Below, one piece after another: positions 50,717-62,324 of a stretch of 64,000 nucleotides of DNA. Below the pieces are notes generated by a model, which did not search any database, had not been told where the DNA came from, and saw nothing but the letters and a program-made list of their open reading frames with translations. The translations under genes were made by a program, and so were the position numbers. The stretch comes from Guillardia theta CCMP2712 (lineage: Eukaryota; Protista; Cryptophyta): contig NW_005434650.1 in the NCBI RefSeq assembly GCF_000315625.1, positions 130,736 to 194,735 of the forward strand. The letters are read 5' to 3'. Every line of letters begins with the position of its first letter. Position 1 is the stretch's first letter.

Positions 50717-52630
50717 ATGTCGACATCTTCATCCAGACGATCGCAATCCTCACTGCATCGCAAGGGCAGAAGGAGAATAAAACCCGGTGAAACCTGACGG
50801 TCATGAGGAACCTTTCAATCTGAAACTCGATGGCCAGCAGGAACTAGAATGTCACAACTAAGATTCGAAGACGTCTCGGAGCGCCAGCGCAAACCGATCC
50901 ACGAGTACCATGACGATTTGTCCGATGAAAGCAGCGGCGAGACACGTCACCCGCATCTCGTGGCCACTGCGCTGGAGATCTCGAGCTCGAGCTCGAGCTC
51001 TAACAGCAGAGAGTGCTGGGACGAAGAGACAGAGGAGTATGCGAGAGTCTCTTACTCCAGCTTCCTCTTGCTGCAACAAGAACTCTCGACGATCAAAGAC
51101 AATCACAACGGATTGCGACAGTCAGCAGAAAAGTGGAAAAGAGAGGCAGAAAGGCTGCTAAACATAGGAGAAGATATGAAGAGTGTGATCATGAGCAAGG
51201 AGCACGAATTGGAACATGTTCAATCCAACATGCAGCGATCTTTGTTGGAAGAGAAGAGTCTGAAAAGACAAGTGAAAGCACTAAAGATCAAGAATCTGAA
51301 CCTCAGAAATTCCATCGAGAACCTGGAGACTCAAATGAAGAGATTGAAAAATGTCGGTGAACATCCTGCAGCTTGCTTTTCCTGACTTCCCTTAGGAATG
51401 CCAAACATCGGAAGAGAAGTCGTCCTATCTCGAAGAATATATCAAGCGGTTGAAAGAGGTAACATTGAGATTGCTGTAAACTTCTTGTTGATGCTAAATC
51501 TGTCATCATTCGTTGATTTGATTGAAGGAATCAAGAAAAGTGCTGGAGAAGAACGAGTCGTTGCATTTCAAGTTGAAAGAGTGCAAAGTGCAACTGCTGG
51601 CAGAGCGAGAGGTTTGAAATCGCACGACGAATGTTGAGAAGTGAAATCTTGTAAGGTGATCAAGCAGCTTCATTCCGACAAGATGAATTCAGAAAGGTCA
51701 AGATGTCATGAGCTCGATGTCATTTCCTCAGACAGAGTCAACGCTCAGCCAATCCTTGTGCCTAGTTTGATGAAAGACGCTGCCTGTCAGTCGGATCAGA
51801 CATGTCAGAACTGCACAAGCGCGTGAGCCTGGTATCTTCTCCGTTCGTCTCTTCTCACAGATGGTCAGGCATGCTGCATCGCTTGCTCAACGACAACTCA
51901 CGTGGGAGCTTGAAGAGTCAGTGAGGCAGGCTCTCAAGATGCAGCTGATGGACATTGCGAGTATCCAACAAGACCTTAAGGTCCGCATGCTCAATGCAGC
52001 AGCTGTTGAATCATTTCCTGTTTGCAGAAATTTCCTATCAAGACTGTCAAGTTCGAGCCGAGCGTGAGCCAAAGCCGGCATGACGAGCCTTATCTTGTTC
52101 AGGTGGACGACACGAGCAGACGAGTCGCAAACCTCGAGCGGCAGCTCGCCACCGCCAAGGAAGCTCTTCGCTTGTGCCAGCACGAGCTCGAAGCGACCCA
52201 AGACGAGCTGGCTGCATCGCAGAAGCTCATCAAAGAGGCGGAGGACAAGCTGGGAAGTTCGCAAGCAAGCGCAAGCGTGAGATCGCTGGAGCTGAGCCGG
52301 CAGCTCATGGCAGAGCTTGTGGACAAGGAGCGGAAGATGGTTGAGCTGGAGGAGCAATGCTTGCAGCTCAAGGGCGAGCTGTCCGTAAGAGATCGCCTAC
52401 CCGACGTGCAGGCGAACAAGAAGCTCACGGGGTCAGAGCAGACAATTGAGTTGCTCACTGCGATCATAACAGGTGTAGAAGAGACAAAACGTGACCTGGA
52501 GTATGCAAGGCGAGAAAACATTCTCTTCGGAGCTCTGTTCGACACAGAGTTATCAAGTTACCATGACAAAGCATCGTTTCAAAATAGCAAATTCGTTGGT
52601 CCTTGCAATTGTATTAAAAATGTCATTTAA
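50717..52630 (+). CDS. Hypothetical coiled-coil protein (multi-exon)
   Basis: Long heptad-rich exons at 50849-51355 and ~52100-52630; no family recognised. Confidence 0.6.
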
Positions 52631-52675
52631 CTCTGCTGTGGCAAGTTGCTTTCTGGTTGATCGAAGGGTTGGTCC

Positions 52676-54675
52676 TCAACATGTAACTGCCTGCATATCA
52701 TCATCCTGAGAATCCATCAGAATCTCTTCGTCTTGGATCATCAAACGCTTCATCTCGTGAATTGGTTCTTGATCTATGCGGTGTGAAATCAAATCATCCG
52801 GCATCCCAGGTTCTGGGTGAATAGCGAAATCAGATTTTGACACGTGATCTGTTATCTGTTGTTCCATCTCCTTGTCGCAAGCTTCTTTTGCGTTCTCGGC
52901 ATTGTTCCTTCTATTTACTGCTATCGTACTGCTCGCACTGATCAGATCGTCGCTCGTCTCATCTGGCTGTCTCTCTCGACAGCTTTCCTCCAGCTCGTCT
53001 GCAGTTGAAAGTCGTCAGAGACTCGCTCAATCTCTTCAGCCATCACCATCATCAAACGTGCTTGTCTGCTCGGATGGGACGGTCACAGTCTCCGGACCAT
53101 CTTCCTTTCCTTGCCTTTCAAGGTTCGCCAGCTGGTCCAATAGGGTCAACTTGGATCATCAATGCAAAATCAACATACATGTCCAACATCGTTGGTGACT
53201 TTGAGAGAAAATTGAGCTTGTGATGGGTGATAACATTTTGAGACAGCGAGAACAAAGATGGAACAATTCTTGGCACTGTTTGTGACACCCCCCACTGCTG
53301 AACTCAGGAACTCGCTGATGAAACCTCCATGAGTTACGATTAGAATTCGTTTCACTCTGTCATCGCTCACAGCCACCAAACGTTCAGAATTCGTGAAGTT
53401 TTGTTCGAATGAGCTTCTTGGACTGGAGGCATATCCCCGATGAATCATCGGCCCATAGTTACTGAAACTGGGCAAAGCATACTTGTGCAAAAGTTCCTTC
53501 ATGAAGGATCTTGCTCGAAATCGTACATCTTCCCAATTTTCTCCTCCTGGAGGTCTAAATTTTCTGTGAGGCATTCCCGAGATTCTTGTCATGTGCTCAA
53601 TGTAACCAATCTGATATCCTTCATACTGCCCTGCAGCCTTTTCTCGCAACCTGCTATCGGTGAAGGCAGGAATTCCGGGGGGCAAGGCTCGTAAAATGAA
53701 ATCGGCTGTTTGCTTTGTTCTGTTTAAATCGCTCAGATACACAGCGGTAAATTCGATTTCTTTCAATCGTTCAGCAACAAGTTGTGCTTGTTTACAACCG
53801 TTGGGTGTAAGCCCAGAAGAGTTCTGACCTGCGATGGTTCTGCTCTTGTTCTCAGGGGTCTCTCCATGTCTGACCAGGTACAACTCGAGCGAAGCACCTG
53901 GTGGGTACATGCTCGGCACAGCTTCCGGTGAGGGCATCGATCCTTGCATTGGAGAGGCTCTTGACGAGCGTACGCCGAACTCTTTGGCTGAAATCACTGG
54001 AGAGCTCGTGGGGCTTGCTGTGTTGTGCTTTGGGCTTTTAGTTGGACTGAACTTGGCAGGAATACTGAGGTCAAGAGCTTTCTTCACAAACGATTCGTGG
54101 CTCGTGTCCACAGGAGCCTTCTTTGGGAATTGAACACTCGTGAAAGTTTGTCTCGATGCGTACATGTCTCGATAGTCTTGCGAATGCTGCTGAGAATAGA
54201 GTTGCCACTGCATTGGTCGGACTTGAGGAGCTTGCGAGATCGAAGCGTGTAGATTCGTTGGCTGCATCAGATTCTTCCCCGAAGCAAGAACCGAAGGTCC
54301 GATTCCGAAGCTGTAACTCCATGCCTGCTGTTGTTGAGCCAGATGCTGACCTGTGCTTCCCATTGAACTGTACATCCCTTCACGCACCTGTCCTCCGACA
54401 TCCCTTGGCAACTCTCGGACCACTGTACCTCTTCCATTCCCACCTACTGCTACTCCTCCTCTTCCTCCCACTCCTGCACCTACTGCCACGACTCTTCCTC
54501 CCACCCCTGCCGTTCCTCCCCTTCCCCCTACTCCTGCAACTCCTACTCCACCTCCTATTCCACCCCCTATTCCTCCCAAAACTATACCTCCCATTCCTCC
54601 TCCTCCTCCTCCTCCTCCTCCTCCCATTCCCCCTCCTCTTTCCCCGCTCCCTACCCGTGCATGGCTCGCATGCAT
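52676..54675 (-). CDS. Histidine phosphatase (phosphoglycerate mutase/TIGAR-like) with a long low-complexity N-terminus
   Basis: LYLVRHGETPEN, SDLNRTKQTA, RLREK, GGENW, ILIVTHGGFI. Gly-rich then Gln/Ser/Pro-rich N-terminus. Start uncertain. Confidence 0.88.
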
Positions 54676-55068
54676 GACAGCTGAACGGTGAAAGAGGAAC
54701 TTGAACTTTTAGTTGAATAACTAAAAAATATTAATATGCAATATGAGTACAACTGCCACTACCGTTAAACATCGGTGTACCAAAATAGATAATCCCAAAT
54801 ATATTGTAAATGAAGTTACTCATAGCTCATGTTAAAATAAGTTTTAAAGCTGTGCCATTGCTTCAATTCGAAGGGTCGTCATGTTGTACCAGGACGAGGG
54901 GGTGGGGTGGGGGTGGCTTGGGGGTGGGGGGGTAGATTACTGATAGAAGAAAAGAGGCGTGAGGTATCGAGCAGGGGTAGGAGGAAGGACAGACCAGGGG
55001 TGGGTTCAGGGAAGCAGCAGGGGTACCTTAGTAGGGGTACGGGAGGAGTTGCGAAGAGACGCGAGGCA

Positions 55069-57338
55069 ATGGGGAGGGTATCGGAGCCGCTGATGGGGCA
55101 AGACAAGGAGAATGAAAGGAAGGCCAAGAAGCAGGTGAGAAACACGAAGAAACAGTACTCCTCGCACTCGTCTATCTCTTCTCTCACTCGTCTTTTGCGC
55201 ATCTCCCCAGATGTTGAGCCCATGTTTCATTCACGCCTGGTCTTGACACCTTCGCAGACTCTGCCATTCATTTTTCTAGTGACGTCGCTTTTCCTTGTCG
55301 GGATTGCCTGTGCCTTCATGATCAGTTGGGACCGATCATGGTCGGATAGAAGTATTGAAGTTTTACAGTCGTTCGATCCAGACAATCTCTACAAGGTAAC
55401 CAGAATGCAATCTGGAAGCTTCCTGTGTTGATTTGTTACAGTACAACAAGATTGAAGATTATGATCATCCAAATCGCATCGACAAATACAACTGCTTGTT
55501 TTCTGGGTGTGATGAAAGCGAGGACAAAGGACTTGTAAGCAAAGGTAGAACCATATAGATTGCTTGAAATGTACTCGAACGACTTGATCAAGCTGAAGTG
55601 TTTTACAGTACAAAAGCTTTCCAAGGCGCTCACAAAGCTGATGAAGATGCAAGACAAGTTCAAGCAGCAGCTTGACAAGCCGACGAAGTCGATGATAGAA
55701 GTGGCGCAAGGAGAACCAGGACGACGTGGTCCTCGTGGATATCGCGGTGCTGTGGGTCCACAAGGATATCCGGGCGACACCGGGCCACAAGGGAGAGCAG
55801 GCGTGATGGGCAACCCTGGACTTCCTGGAGGAATGGGCCCGAGAGGCCCCCGAGGTTTTCCCGGGGAAGCTGGAAGGCCTGGCAGGCAGGGAGTGCCGGG
55901 GATCGAGGGCCCTCCAGGCCCTAGAGGACGGCAAGGCAGGGAGGGACCCGGCGGAAAGACAGGGCCCCCAGGCTATCAAGGAGAGAACGGCCCTGCTGGT
56001 CAGCCAGGCCTGCGAGGGGCTCCAGGTGAGCAGCTTTGAGCCTGCTGGGCGATGAAGTGATGAATGCAAATGGCAGGTAGCAATGGCGTCTCCTTGCAAG
56101 GACCACCGGGACCCCGGGGAATCCGTGGAGTGCGAGGGCCGACGGGTCAGGTTGGTCCTATCGGCAAGCGAGGTCAGCAAGGGCCTCCAGGTAGTCTTGG
56201 TGGTACTGGCAGCCAAGGCAATATCGGAGTTCAAGGTCTGGCTGGAAAAGATGCCAAGCAAGCACCAACCCCGCAGTGCACAGGGTTGCAAACCAATGAC
56301 GGAGAATCGATTTGCTGTGGCCTGTCCCGCACATCATGGAGTTCGTATTATGATTCCTCTACAATGAGAATCGACACTTCAAGTTGCAAATTTACAGGAA
56401 ATGTGAGATACTTCACTACACTTCAGGGTTCAAGTTATACAGAGAGACTCTTTGGCATTTCGAACATTTACGATCCAACTGCGACAGGATTTAGACTTTA
56501 CTTGTACACTCAAACTGGTCACATCAGTCTCTGGGGTTGGTATGCAAACGCTTGGCGATATAAAGTACGTTGGTGTGGCGTGGGGAAGAGTAACGGTCCT
56601 CGAGTTCCAACGGGATGCTGCGGGACAGACTCAGCATATTGGTATAATGGATGGACTTGGGATAAGACACTAAACGCAAAGGCTTGCGACATCAGAGGTA
56701 GTAAAACCACCTGGATCACAGCGGTTGAAGGGTTCAGACAGTCTGGCATCCAAAAGCTAACTGGAATGAGCGCTGGAACAGTGAATGGTGCTAGTAGCTA
56801 CTACGTCGCCATCTCACTGGCATATTCTTCCAATTCGTATTGGGGCCAGCCTTGGAATGTGTACGGATGGAGCAATTGGCGACTGCGGAAAGGTCAATCT
56901 GACGCGCTTGAACCTCGTTTCTGCCTCTTTGGAGACTCATTCCCCACTGGGGACATGCGACTGCTTCAGCATGAGATCAGACAGGACGAGTTTCCATGTC
57001 AGGGAATGAGGTTGATAGAGGAGAATGTCGTCAAGACAAACAAGGCTCAGATCTGCTGTGGGACTTCCGACAGCACATGGAAGGTGATGAATGGCTACCT
57101 GATGAAGGACGTGGATACTACCTCTTGCAACTTCGATGATTCCAATGCCAAAGTCATCTACATGACCAGTCTTGGAGGGGACAACAACATTGAATTGGTA
57201 ACAGGAGCAGCAGCTTATTCCAAGAGCAATAAGAATGGTTTTACTGTCCACCTTGCTTCTCTTTACAGTAATCAGCAAAATTATGCAAAGCGGTATAATT
57301 GGAAGATTGAGTGGTGTGGTATTGGTGAGAGACGTTGA
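55069..57338 (+). CDS. Type II membrane collagen-repeat protein with three C-terminal Cys/Trp-rich repeats
   Basis: Basic N-terminus, single TM helix (LPFIFLVTSLFLVGIACAFMISW), short coiled coil, 37+17 Gly-X-Y triplets, three repeats each starting CCG. Introns at ~55135-55257, 55396-55441, 55545-55608 and 56026-56076. Confidence 0.9.
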
Positions 57339-57477
57339 GAGCGTATGACATTGGAGGAAGAGAGGTAATACTTGGCAACGTACATGGTAGCTGGGTGTAT
57401 AACTTTTCACGATACTATAGTAAAAGCAATGTGAAACCAGTCAGCGTAATCCCATCAAATGATGCAGATATTTTCAC

Positions 57478-60400
57478 CTAGCGTCTCGGCTTGCCCCTGA
57501 CCTTCTTCCTGCTCTGATCCTTTGGGGTGCCGCGTACCTGCAGGTCAAAGTGAAGGTGCTGCTCATGCTGTCAGGAGCACCTCGATGCCCTCATGCGCGA
57601 GCGTCTCAAAGGCCTCGAGCTGCAGGGGGTTACGGTCAAGAGCGCAACAAGAAGCATCAAGCAGACCTGTGCGTCGCCGAGAGACTGAGCAAACCTGCAT
57701 CCAACACGCGTCACGAGACTCAAGACTCGCGCCGACAAGTCGGACGAGCTAAGATTACCTCTTACCCATCCGCCTGCCTTTCAACAAGTTACTTAGCGTG
57801 GGGCCGCTCTGTTCCTGCAGTCGCCTGCTCAGAGGCGTAAAGGAAAGACTTTTGAGACCATTCTCCTTTGCACGTGCTCGGAGTGCCTTAAGCTCGCGTT
57901 CAACTGCGACGCATCGGTGAGGAGCAAGGAATGGTTTGATCCGAGACCCCCAAAAGATTCGAGATACCTGCTGAGCAAGTTCGTGGCGGACATCCTCGTA
58001 AGTCTTGACAAAGTCCCTTCGCACCCAATCAATTCCATTTTGCACACCACTCTTCGCATACTCCGTTGCTTTGCTCTCCTGAGGTTTTGGAAAGAGACTT
58101 CGAACATACTCTGTGACATCGACCCCTGATGTGATGGAATCAAGAATCTGAGTCAAGAATGTAACAAATCTCTTAAGGCCTCGATGTCATCTTCAGGACC
58201 TTCTTCGCTTCTTCGCTTGATTTTGCAGCTTTGCGGAACCACAAGACAGCAGAGCTTCGATTTTCAGTTACCCCGATTCCGCTCCAATATCTGATTCCGA
58301 TCTGCAGTTGCGAGTGGACACAACCGCTCTTGGCTGCCTGGAATAAACTACCAAGTTATGCAAGGAGGAAGCGGGAGAGGACCAGGGAGAAGGAAGAGGA
58401 GGGATGAAGATCTCCGGGACCTGCAAGAACCAGTATGCTGCTTTCTTGTTGTGTCGCCGTACGCCTAATCCGATAGAGTACAATAATGCCAGATTATACT
58501 GTGACTCGAGAAGACCTTGTCTGTGTAATTATCAATGCAGCAAACAAGCCAAAGCAAACAAACTTCGCTGCGATCTTGAACCACTTGCAGGCCAAAACAA
58601 TGTCTCGTTTGCAGCCTTGACCCTGCAAAGGGAAACTGAGGAGGAACACATTGCAGACGAGTGTACCTCTTGATAACAGACAGCGAGATTGTGTTTCGCT
58701 TCCAATATTCCCTCAGGGAACTTCACATTACCATTGGCAGCCAACTTGTACCAAGCAAAGGCCTAACTAATCTGTAAGAGGCGATAGGAGTGCAGGGAGA
58801 TTCAGTGCAGACAAACAGACATAGCGGAAGGAGCAGATAGTGCAGTAAGACACGTTTGTGTAAGAATCACCATCTTATCATTTCTTGGCAGACCCACTCC
58901 AAGTTCATAATATCGAGCAATCGCCGTTTGACACTCGCAATCGCCGCTTGCCGCAGCCTTCATAAGAAAGCGACAACCATCTACAACGTCTTGGTGAGTC
59001 CGGTTTCCATTGATCAGCCTTTGTCCTAGTTCTCTGCATGCCACAGAGCTACCGAATTTCAGCCCAGAAATGAATAAGATGGCTGCTACCTTCCCGATTC
59101 AGCCAAGTTCTCCAACCTCTTCATTCCCCTTTCCATTCTCTGTAAGTACTCTTCACGGCCCAGTTTTCCTGATTGATGTCAGTGAATCTTTCAGTCCATC
59201 GCCCCTCCCACTTCGTTGTATCACCTTTCTTGTACATGGCGTCAGCAGTCCTTGTGGACCTGATCAGCTTTGATTCCATCTCGTGCTCTGGTTCACCTGA
59301 GTCTGATTTACTGTCCGAACTGTCTGAGCGATCACATCAAGTCAGCTCTGCAGCGAGAGATAGACGGTCTGGGAACCAAGAGGAGGAGGAGACGGAGAAG
59401 GGACTCTTGTCAAGACCGTCTTATGCTTATCTACAAAGATCAAGCGGAATCCCCTGGGCAATGATGATGCCAACTTCACTTGATATTTCTTGGGCCCAAC
59501 AATGTAAACCTGGGAAATCAAATGAGGATCAGGATGAAACAAGATCTAGCCTAGTACATCCGGACACTCATGAAATCTTTCTAGAATGTTGGCGTCTGAT
59601 TCGTTGCAGTCAATAATTTGAACTTCAAGCGGCATGTCCCCAATCAATCTGTGGAGCAGGTTCGACGAGAAACATCTCCTGATGAATTCACTTCACCATC
59701 TGTCGGGTTAATCGCTTGCTCGCTCACCTTCCTGCTTCATATGAGAGAAGGTCCGAGTCCTCCTTTGATGGGCCCCAGTGCTCGTCTAAGACTACTTGAT
59801 ATGGCAGCCCCTCCTTCAGTTGGCTGGCACTGCACAGCTCCTCTACCATCTGGATATTTGAGATCGATGATACGACCTCGTTGTCTGTTTCATTAACAAG
59901 GAGGTAATCGCCATCCTTCTCGTACATATCGCTGTCCCTCAACAGGTCCTCATCATCAAAACTTTCGTCTTCTGCCTCGCTGTTCTCTTTCAGATCTAAA
60001 GCCTCCGCTAGTGGGTGGTTGGGCTTAACACTCGTGACCCTCTTTCTCAACATCTGCAGCTCTTTCTCGCTTTGCGAGATGCTCTCTTCAAGAGATGCTA
60101 AGTGTTCATATTTGTCCACCTTGTTGCTCCTCCTTGATGAAGACTTGTTCTTCAGGCCATGCAGAGCAAACTCTTCCTGTCCTCCAACCAACATGCCCCA
60201 TCCTCCAACCTCTTGGGCAGCCTTGTCATTGTCTGAGATGTGGGATGGCATGGATTCTAAGTTGAAGAGAGCTGATTCGTTGTATGATGAAGAGGATTGG
60301 TGCCCCACATCTTGAGATACGTACGCATGATGACGCGATTTGGTCTCTTGCTCGTCCTGCATTGTCTGTCGATCCTTCTTTTGTTGCCATCGTTTCTTCG

Positions 60401-60566
60401 CTTCCTCTAGTCCTGCTCTTGTCGCCTTCATTTTGTCCTGTTGGCCACCCCGGAGATACAGAAGGGGAGGAGGGCGCAAGCATGTCACCCTTGTGGTAGC
60501 CTCATCCCTTTGTATCGACAAGTTGACAGCGATGGTCACGAGGAGAAGAAGCGCAAGTCCTCGCAT
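57478..60566 (-). CDS. Sel1-repeat protein with signal-peptide-like leader and LRGG motif (multi-exon)
   Basis: ACRELGQRLING, CQTAIARYYELGVGLPRNDKM|AFAWYKLAA, AKHNLAVCYQE, QYNLALLYSIGLGVRRHNKKAAYWF, QLQIGIRYWSGIGV..AVLWFRKAA. Leader MRGLALLLLVTIAV...LYLRGG. Confidence 0.8.
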
Positions 60567-60860
60567 AGTCCAAGCATGCAGATCAGGGCAAGGTATCTTA
60601 CTTCGTACCTCCCACGTCGCTTCCTCCCTATTCGCCTCCATATCTTTCCTCCCCCTCCTCCTCTACCTTCTGCCTCGTACCACCGATGCGTCCCAGCATG
60701 GCGACAGGACAAAACAAGCTCCCCTCAGCGAAGAACCAGTGTAAGACAAGAGGCAGCGAATTTCTCCTATGATATTCAATAGCGTGCCTTGTGGGACAGC
60801 AGAAAGAGGAAGGGGGGGTGAAACCCTGAAAGCGGGGGGGTACAGGGGGGTACAAGGAGT

Positions 60861-61388
60861 ATGGCAGACGTGAAGCGATGGCTGCGAGGGAGGACGACTG
60901 TGAGAGAGGACGAGCAATCAGGAAGGATAGGATGGTACTCGTACAGAGAATCCATCAACCTCTACTTAGGACAAGCGTCCCAAGACCTGTCTGGTAAGAC
61001 TGAGAAACTCTTCATGATCGGACTCAACTTGATCACTGTTCCAGAGTTACCGCTGCGATCTTTGTTGCTGCATCACTACACATGGATCTTCTCTTTCAAT
61101 GCGATCTGCATCCTCCTGTTGCTGATCATGCTGCTGTACGTGAGGTTCCGAAGATACAAGTTTCGCAGCTGCTATTCAACTCTTGGCCCTCCAACATTCA
61201 AACATTACAATCCTGGGCCACCAATGAGCAGTATAAAGAGTTTTGGAGGGAAAAACTGTGAGACAGATGAATATTCGTTGATGCATGGCAAGGGGTTGAA
61301 AGGAGCGAGTGCAGCGGGAAAGGACAAGAAGACGCAAAAGCTGCTGTACAGTAAACCTGGGATAACTGGAAGCATGAAAAGAAAATAA
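60861..61388 (+). CDS. Small single-pass membrane protein, unknown function
   Basis: TM segment IFSFNAICILLLLIMLLYV followed by the basic stretch RFRRYK; a probable in-frame intron near 60993-61044. Confidence 0.55.
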   Translation: MADVKRWLRGRTTVREDEQSGRIGWYSYRESINLYLGQASQDLSGKTEKLFMIGLNLITVPELPLRSLLLHHYTWIFSFNAICILLLLIMLLYVRFRRYKFRSCYSTLGPPTFKHYNPGPPMSSIKSFGGKNCETDEYSLMHGKGLKGASAAGKDKKTQKLLYSKPGITGSMKRK

Positions 61389-61397
61389 GCGACGAGG

Positions 61398-61466
61398 GTG
61401 TGAAACCTTCAAGCTTTCGGACGATCAGGCAGTGTGAAAACCTTCAAGCTTTCGGACGATCAGGCA
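61398..61466. repeat. 34/35-bp tandem duplication just after the stop codon
   Basis: gtgtgaaa(a)ccttcaagctttcggacgatcaggca occurs twice head-to-tail. Confidence 0.9.
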
Positions 61467-62324
61467 GACATCATCTCATTAAGAAGTGGCATAACTTTGC
61501 ATCAGCATTGCGAACTGGACTCGACTTCGGCAGGAAGCGTGAGAACAACACTTGGCACTGATTGAACATGTGATTTCATGGTGCATCTTACCAACGGCAG
61601 TTCCTTAAACTCGATGGAGATGCTCTCTGGATAGGAAAAGGCTCACGTTTGCTCGCAGGTAGCATCATCTTTTGTCCTTTTTTTACTTCTTCTTCTTCCA
61701 CTCCCTCTAGACCAGCGTTGTGTAGTCGCCCGAATTGCTTCAATCTTGGTCGAAAATGTAGTTCATGTGATTTCTAGCAAACTTGGAAGTTCCGCAAGGA
61801 ATTGACGGATGACATGAAAGAGGAGACATAAAGATCCGATGCATCGATGAGCAGCTCACATGCATGTCGAGTAGCCTCACGAGACCATGGCCTTGAGTTG
61901 ACGCTTCCACTAGCACCGTCGGGCAACCTACTAGCATCATCTACGGTAGTCCCTGATTAGCGTTCACCGTTACTAGCCGCTCAGCCCAGCATCACCTACT
62001 AGCCCTCAGTGACTAGCATAGCCGCATCACTGACGCCTACCGTAGTAGCACTCACTTCCGTGACTGGGTCGCCAGGGCTCACGGCCGCCGACGGCCGCCC
62101 GGCATACCTGCCGGCCGGTCTAGTACTAGGCCCGGCCGGCAGCTGCCCGGCAGCCCCGGGCGCGGATCGCCACTGCCAGTCACGCAGGCTATAACTCCTT
62201 TCGAAACGGTCTGTAACCGTGTAACCGATAAAGGTCAAAAGTCAGCCACAGTGCGATGCGGGTGAGAGGAAGGAGGAAAGGGAGGCTGCGCAGGGAGGAA
62301 GAGGGCTCGTCCTGTTGTGATGGG

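Noticed and set aside
61398-61466. 34-bp direct repeat as a mini-CRISPR or a target-site duplication
   Set aside because: Two adjacent copies with nothing between them; a simple tandem duplication.
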